A stretch of DNA of 64,000 nucleotides from Macrostomum lignano (taxonomy: Eukaryota). Below the pieces are notes generated by a model. It was not told the origin of the DNA and did no database searches. It saw only the letters and a list, made by a program, of their open reading frames with translations. The first letter of the stretch is position 1, and the number at the start of each line of letters is the position of its first letter. Shown here piece after piece: positions 58,225 to 64,000 of the stretch. The stretch is from NCBI GenBank assembly GCA_002269645.1, contig NIVC01001180.1:248001-312000 (forward strand), in the 5' to 3' direction. The position numbers and the translations under genes are program-made.

Positions 58225-60332
58225 AGGCGACGGTCGCAGTGGACCGAAGTGATGCAGTTAACAGTCAATCAACATATCGATGAGTCGAATTCTAAACTCA
58301 TGCAAGCCATACGCCAGACATGATGCCGTTAGGTGCTGTCCCAGGCGGCGACAATGTCATTTTCGAGGCCTTTTGCAGAGCCCTGGAATCCAGGGCCATG
58401 CACCCTCACCTTGTCTGGTGGATCATGTTCATGATCCGGAACCGCACTGTCGTGGCCCACCTGAACGGCAGCTCTCTTACGGCGCCTGTCCTGCTGTCCA
58501 GGGGGGCCCCCAGGGCGGGGTTCTCACCCCGTTCTTTAGAACATGGTCATGGATGAGTTGCTTTGCAGTGATCTCCATGACCCCATTCTCAAGGTCACAT
58601 AAAGGCTATGCCGATGATGTGACCGCGATGTACGCGGGCCCCTCGGTTGATACCACCAGAGACCTTCTGCAGGGCTTTCTGAGACGAGCGGAGCGTTGGG
58701 CAAGCCAATCTGGCCTTAGACTCTCAGAGTCGAAAACCACAGCGGTCATGTTTACCAACAAACTGCTCTGGACCATGAACCCACTCACCCTCTATGGAAA
58801 GCATAATACCATGGAGAAGCAGGTCCGCTGCCTGGGTCTCACTCTGGACCACAGGTTAAACTGGACTCCGCACATTCAAACTAAAGCCAAAAAGCCCTGG
58901 TTGTCCTGGCTCAAATCAGGCGCGCCGTGGGCACCACCTGGGGGCTCACCCCCAGGAAGCTGTGCTGGATTTACACAGCCATTATCCGCCCTCGATCAGT
59001 TACGCCAGCCTCGTATGGGCCAGCGGCCTGAGCGTCAAGAGCAACCTCGACGCTCTCTACAAAATCCAGGGCAGAGCCTGCCGCATGACTATGGGCGCTC
59101 CACCCTCATCCCTTTTGAAGGCATGAATGCATTCCTCTGGATATTTATATCAAAGGAGAGGCGGCGAAGAGCACCCGGCGTCTTCTAGATGCTGGCGTGG
59201 CTTTCAAGAAAGTGCGGGCCTTTAAGAAGCGGTCGCTTATCCCGCACTCTGACCTCTGCCTCAAGGCTCTCGAGGAGTGTGGCGGGCTCAACATCCTCAC
59301 GGACTCGATCCCAGCCACCCTTCTCCTGAGCCAAAGGTACCTGGTATAAGGTCACTATTCGGCATGGTCTTTCAGGCTTCGGAGCTTGCGTCTTCTTCAA
59401 GGGAGAAGTAGTGTGGAGCTACTCCCAGCACACTGGACTCAACTCCAGTGTTTTTTCAGACCGAGGTGCTTGCCATCAGCTCCTGCGCGGCAGAGCTGCG
59501 CCGAAGGCAGCTCAGCGGTCGGAAGTTTATTTTTCACTCTGACAGCCAAGCAGCCCTTCGGGCCCTCTGCCACAGCACCACCAGCTCCAGATCTGTCCTG
59601 CAGGACTGCAATGTCCAGCTCAATGGGCTTGCGCTAGGCAACCAGGTGGAGCTCAGATGGATCCCGGGCCACGCTGGTTTCCTCGGCAGCGAGCGCGCTG
59701 ACCTGCTGGCTAAGGCTGGCTCCGCCGGCGCGCTGCTGGGGCCGGGCCCAGGGGCCTTCATCCCCACCTCGGTGATCATTTCCCATGTTAAGCACTGGGC
59801 TGATTCCGAGCACCGCCGCAGGTGGCGCGACACCCGGAATTGTAGGCAATCCTGTGCTGCCGTCCCCTGCCCCTCTCCTCTCTTGCGTGAGCTCTCCTCA
59901 GGCTCAACCGCAGAGACCTCAGAGCAGTTAGCATGGCCCTCTCCAGACATGACTGTTTCTCTCGCCACCGCTTCCTTCAGGGCCAGGTACCCGAGGAGCG
60001 GTGCCCCTTTTGCGCTCTGGCAGTGAAAACGCCGAGCACTTTATCTGCCACTGCCCGGTTTCACCAGGGCCAGGCTCACTCACCCGGGGCCAAACCCGGT
60101 TCTCTCCGACGTTTGCAGGCCCGAGAGCATCCCGCTGCTCGCCCGGTACCTCAGGGACACGGGACGAGCTGACTTCTTCCCCACCGCCGGTGAGGAGGAC
60201 CGCGCTGCAGGCGAGACCGACGGGTCCCTCTGAGCGACATCGCTTCGATGGAAGTCATTGGTTGCCAGGGGCTAGCGCCTCCTAGCGGCATCCGCCGGAC
60301 GCCCCCTGCAGCTAAGTCAAGTAAGCCAAGTC
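58225..60332 (+). mobile_element. 5'-truncated, degenerate non-LTR retrotransposon with RT, RNase H and C-terminal CCHC-like motif (I group, Lian/Loa-like)
   Basis: GGPQGGVL, GYADDV, VRCLGLTLDHRLNW; RNase H FFQTEVLAI, SDSQAAL, WIPGHAG..GSERADLLAK; CPFC...EHFICHCP; 3' tail CTAAGTCAAGTAAGCCAAGT. Confidence 0.88.
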
Positions 60333-61989
60333 CCAGGCGGCAGAAAAGTCATTAAGAGTTAGTCTGAGGATCTCTTAAAGGCTCTGATAGTCATCAGCGT
60401 TTTATCTGCCGATAGATTTACACATTTCCAGACAAAAGCGAGCAAGTATTGCATACATATAGCTGCATGTATTTTCTGAGAGTTCAATAATGTAAATAAA
60501 TAGTGCATTCAGCAGTGTATAGACTTACCAGCCCAAGAATGTCTTGAACCACATCTTTGCTACCTGACCATCATGAGAGTCAGGAGTGGGGGTTCTCCTC
60601 TGGTTGAAAAAAATTAGAAGGCCGGTCTATGTTTCGTAAAATTACTAATTAAACAGGGTATTGATAAATGGCAAAGTTCTTGGTGTACATATTTTAGATC
60701 AAAACCTTAATTTAAGGATTGTTTAATTAAGTGAGTAGCATTTTTAGTACATGGAATACTAAAAAGAATCCAAAACTATCACTTTCGAGAAAAAGCAGCT
60801 GATTAGCTAGAAAACTATACTAGAAATTCTGGTACTAAACAGCACTGAAAAAAGGATAAAAGGTGGTTCTGGAGATGAAAATGTTATTTAGAAACATTAA
60901 ACATAAAAAAACAAGAACAATAATAGCAATAGGAAAAATCTATATAATAAAAGAATGTTATAGAGTAGACAGAATGAATAATTTAATATAGCCAGTGTTT
61001 GGCAGAGTTATTAAAAACGTTACTTTCGTTAGTGGTACAAAGTGGTAAAGGCAGCCATAGATTCCGTTAAAAATGATAAAAATAGCGTACATTTTTCAGA
61101 GAGTGAATCCCTAACTCCTTACTTGTTGAAAATAGCTACTTACAAATTTGGTGGCTTGCTCATATATTCATATCGACCATTCGGTTTTTTCGCTATCAAT
61201 TTGATTTAATTCAAAAACATCAAACTCCAAATCACCTGCAGTCAAGCATGCACACATCATACACCCTAGCTCACTCTGTCCACCAGACTGATTTTAGGGT
61301 ATGGTCCTCTCAGCGTCATTCTTCACCTAAGCCAATAATGAAATGAAATGAAATGATTTCTGTTGACAATATGGATTTCTGTATGTTTTGAGAATCATTT
61401 TTAATCATTCAAATTGAATGAGACTTAGAAAAATTGTAGATAACAAATAATAAAAGTAAAAAAGAGTAACGGAAGTGAACAAAAAGTAACGTATAGTCGT
61501 TATTGCGTTACCCTGAAGAAGTAACCATGGTTCGTTAATTGTTATAAAAGGTAACTTCCGATACCAACGGATCAACGCTTAACAACGGGACCTGCCCATG
61601 CAACACTGAATATGCGAGCGTGACTGTTAAACCAGCGTAAAATTGAAGCTGTTTCGAAAAGTACGAGCGTATAAATAATTTGAGATTCTGCAAAGCGTAT
61701 ATAAAAAAAAATACTGTGACAGCTTGTAATGTGAAATAGTATTCTGCTGGATTAAAAATGTACTGTTTAACTTCATGAATGAAAAAATAAGCGCACACAA
61801 CACGCTGTGCATGAACCGGTTTTTACACCCAAATCTTGGGAAAAGGTTTAGCAAAAAAAGAAATTGATGTTTTAAAAAATTTAAACTTTTTTTATTTAAA
61901 CCGATTGTTTAAAATGAGTTTGTTGGTTATCAGCTTTGACTTTGCTTGTCGGGAGCTACGGTGCAGTTTCGGATATTCAGAGGAAGGAG

Positions 61990-62303
61990 GTTGCCGCCTA
62001 GTGGTTAGAGAGTCGGACTCGCGCGACTTGAAGGTCGGCGGTTCGATTCCCTATCCCATTAGAACAATATGTGTGCTTGAGCAAGACAATTAACTCTGCA
62101 TTGCTTTAGCTCACTCAGCTGTAAAATGGGTGCCAGCATTAGCTGGGGTAATTGAGGGTGTATGTGGCGCCCCCCCCCCAGTCCTTGGACTGAACAGCCG
62201 TACGCAGCCTTCAGATGCGCCGCGCAATAGCTGCGGCTGGGCTGTCGGTTGATTGGGCCAGGTGTAATCAATTATTAATATTACTACTAATATTATTATT
62301 ATT
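61990..62303 (+). mobile_element. tRNA-derived CORE-type SINE (copy 2, apparently full length)
   Basis: A-box TAGTGGTTAGAG, B-box GGTTCGATTCC, CORE-like GTGTGCTTGAGCAAGACAATTAACTC...CAGCTGTAAAATGGG, a shared 3' segment GTCCTTGGACTGAACAGCCGTAC and an (ATT)n-like tail. Confidence 0.88.
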
Positions 62304-62396
62304 AGGGTGAATAAAAAAGGACAAAGACGAACGCCCTAGCTGTCAGTAGCTAATCGAAGACGAAAGCAAAAAACTAATACAACAAGGCAGTAGTCT

Positions 62397-63995
62397 CTAA
62401 CCATCACCAGCAGCCAGCCGGATTTGCTCCTTGAGCGCACTAGTCAGTTCCAAGCTGAGCTGCATCAGGCGTCTGCAGTAGCCGCTGAGGTTGCCATACC
62501 GACCGTACTGTGCCGCCGTCAGCAGCGGCGCTGGGTCAAAGTGCATCGACAAATCGCACACCGGCTGCGCCTCGAGATTTTGGTCGCCGCCAAAGTGCAG
62601 CGAGCCGCTGATGATGCGCAACTCCGGCCAAACATCTTCGGCGTCGCTGCTCGAACGGCGAAATTGACGAACAACCGACCGCTGACGCGTCACCAGGACA
62701 GTCAGCGACTTTGGCACCCGGTCGCTGATCACTACTTTGCCAGTGGTTGGATCTCGGACCAGATAGGGAAACTCTTCACCGTCTGGGAAAAGTTCCCGGT
62801 GCATGCTCGGGCGGACTGGTTCGCACGCGGCCAGGTTAATGTGCAAGTCCAGCTGCTCCAGGTAGCCGGCAGCTGCAGCTCTGCCGCTGGCATCAACTGT
62901 GCTCGGTCGTCCGCAGAATTCGGCTTCATTGGCGCACTTTTGTCTCTGATCGACACTGCTTGAAGATTTGTTGTTCGACGCTGCTTTTCTTTGGCGTCTG
63001 CCATCTTTCTTAGTCAACTCGCTGGGAGGCATTGCAGCTGCGGCATCTACCACTTCACCACCGACACTCTGTCTGCTTGTTGCTGAGAATTCACTTTCAG
63101 GAGTCATCAAAGTGAAGTTTTTATTGGATTTCTTCTCATTCGAAAAAACGCGATCATTAGTTCTCAATGCATTCACTGCTGCACCTGAGCGTTCCGCGTC
63201 GCTTTTGGATTCTGCCAAGGATTCCACACTTTCCGTATCTATTTTAGCTTCCACTACGCCAGCTGCTTTTGGGCCGCGTTCTTGACCTCTTTGACCCCTC
63301 TGGTTGGTCTTAGCTGACGAGCCTTCGTTGCTAGTGCTGCAACCAGTTGCGACCTCGGTGAAAACTTCAGAGGAGGTTGCACCGTCGGTTGTGCTGACAT
63401 TTGTAAGATTTTCAGTTCCGCTTTTGACTTTAATGCATGCACCAATTTTCTTTCTTGATGTTCGATGTTTTAGTATACTCCAATCGATTTCTGGACATTT
63501 GCGCTGTTCGCAAGTAGTTTCCATGATTCCAGCGGTTGCAACAACGCCTTTTGACTTCATTTGTGTCTTACCTTGTTTGCCTGCTAAATTGCTACAGGCG
63601 CTGTCATCCATCACATTGGTGCTCTGCCTCTGCTCTGTTAAGCCTGAGCTGACCGTTTGTGTTTCAGCGGCTCCCTGAGTTTCAATGAAATCGTCTCTTC
63701 TGTCCAAAGATTGAGTTGCATCCCGAGCAGATTGTTCCGCACCAGCGAGATAATACTCATCTCCATCTTTTTTATCGCTTTTGCGCTTGCGTTTGAATTT
63801 TCTATTCTTTTTCTGTTTGTGCGAGTTCGATTTTTCACTCGGCGCATTTTCCAATCCGATGGCTTCACTTGGACTTCCAGTTTCACAGTCAGCTGTGCTG
63901 GAGGCTGTAATCGCTGAGTTTCTCTCGCCAGGCCTATCAGAGTCTAGCACATTCATGTAAATACAATTCAGCGGTCGCTCGTAGACTCGCACTAG
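62397..63995 (-). CDS. Uncharacterised protein, terminal exon or 3' part of a gene extending beyond the window
   Basis: More than 530 codons, open to the window edge (possible acceptor TGCAG at 64000-63996). S/T/A/K-rich low-complexity N-terminal part and an apparently globular C-terminal segment of about 150 aa (LDLHINL...FDPAPLLTAAQYGRYGNLSGYCRRL). No family recognised. Confidence 0.7.
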   Translation of the reverse strand, partial: LVRVYERPLNCIYMNVLDSDRPGERNSAITASSTADCETGSPSEAIGLENAPSEKSNSHKQKKNRKFKRKRKSDKKDGDEYYLAGAEQSARDATQSLDRRDDFIETQGAAETQTVSSGLTEQRQSTNVMDDSACSNLAGKQGKTQMKSKGVVATAGIMETTCEQRKCPEIDWSILKHRTSRKKIGACIKVKSGTENLTNVSTTDGATSSEVFTEVATGCSTSNEGSSAKTNQRGQRGQERGPKAAGVVEAKIDTESVESLAESKSDAERSGAAVNALRTNDRVFSNEKKSNKNFTLMTPESEFSATSRQSVGGEVVDAAAAMPPSELTKKDGRRQRKAASNNKSSSSVDQRQKCANEAEFCGRPSTVDASGRAAAAGYLEQLDLHINLAACEPVRPSMHRELFPDGEEFPYLVRDPTTGKVVISDRVPKSLTVLVTRQRSVVRQFRRSSSDAEDVWPELRIISGSLHFGGDQNLEAQPVCDLSMHFDPAPLLTAAQYGRYGNLSGYCRRLMQLSLELTSALKEQIRLAAGDG

Positions 63996-64000
63996 CTGCA

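Noticed and set aside
61990-62065. tRNA gene (also at about 50490-50564)
   Set aside because: A and B boxes are present but there is no complete cloverleaf, and the sequence continues into a shared SINE body and tail.

Overview
Eukaryotic (metazoan) genomic DNA. GC- and CpG-rich exons encoding Ala/Gly-rich proteins, minisatellite-filled introns and splice acceptors just upstream of ATGs suggest a free-living flatworm such as Macrostomum (inference, not proven). The centre holds a divergent cluster of five genes whose exons I could assemble in frame by hand: HEATR6 (10 exons, about 1299 aa) and DNAJC9 (2 exons, 306 aa) on the minus strand; PPAN/Ssf1 (3 exons, 463 aa), an intronless claudin-like gene (238 aa) and CEBPZ/Noc1 (5 exons, 839 aa) on the plus strand. 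The most striking pattern is that 13 of 16 introns, three pre-ATG acceptor regions and two 3' flanks each carry their own tandem array (mostly 15-45 bp units), while the transposon-rich intergenic DNA has almost none. Intergenic DNA contains a MITE with an 8-bp TSD, a Gypsy remnant fused to an hsp70 pseudogene, a THAP-like ORF, a Merlin transposase remnant, a Crypton-like tyrosine-recombinase element with a defined end structure, two further Gypsy remnants, an RNase H-bearing LINE and two CORE-type SINEs. Two regions (about 1-6.4 kb and 23.3-30.7 kb) show strong CpG (and possibly CpA) decay. An orphan reading frame of more than 530 codons runs off the right edge. No rRNA, bona fide tRNA or CRISPR array was found. 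Array boundaries and copy numbers are manual estimates.
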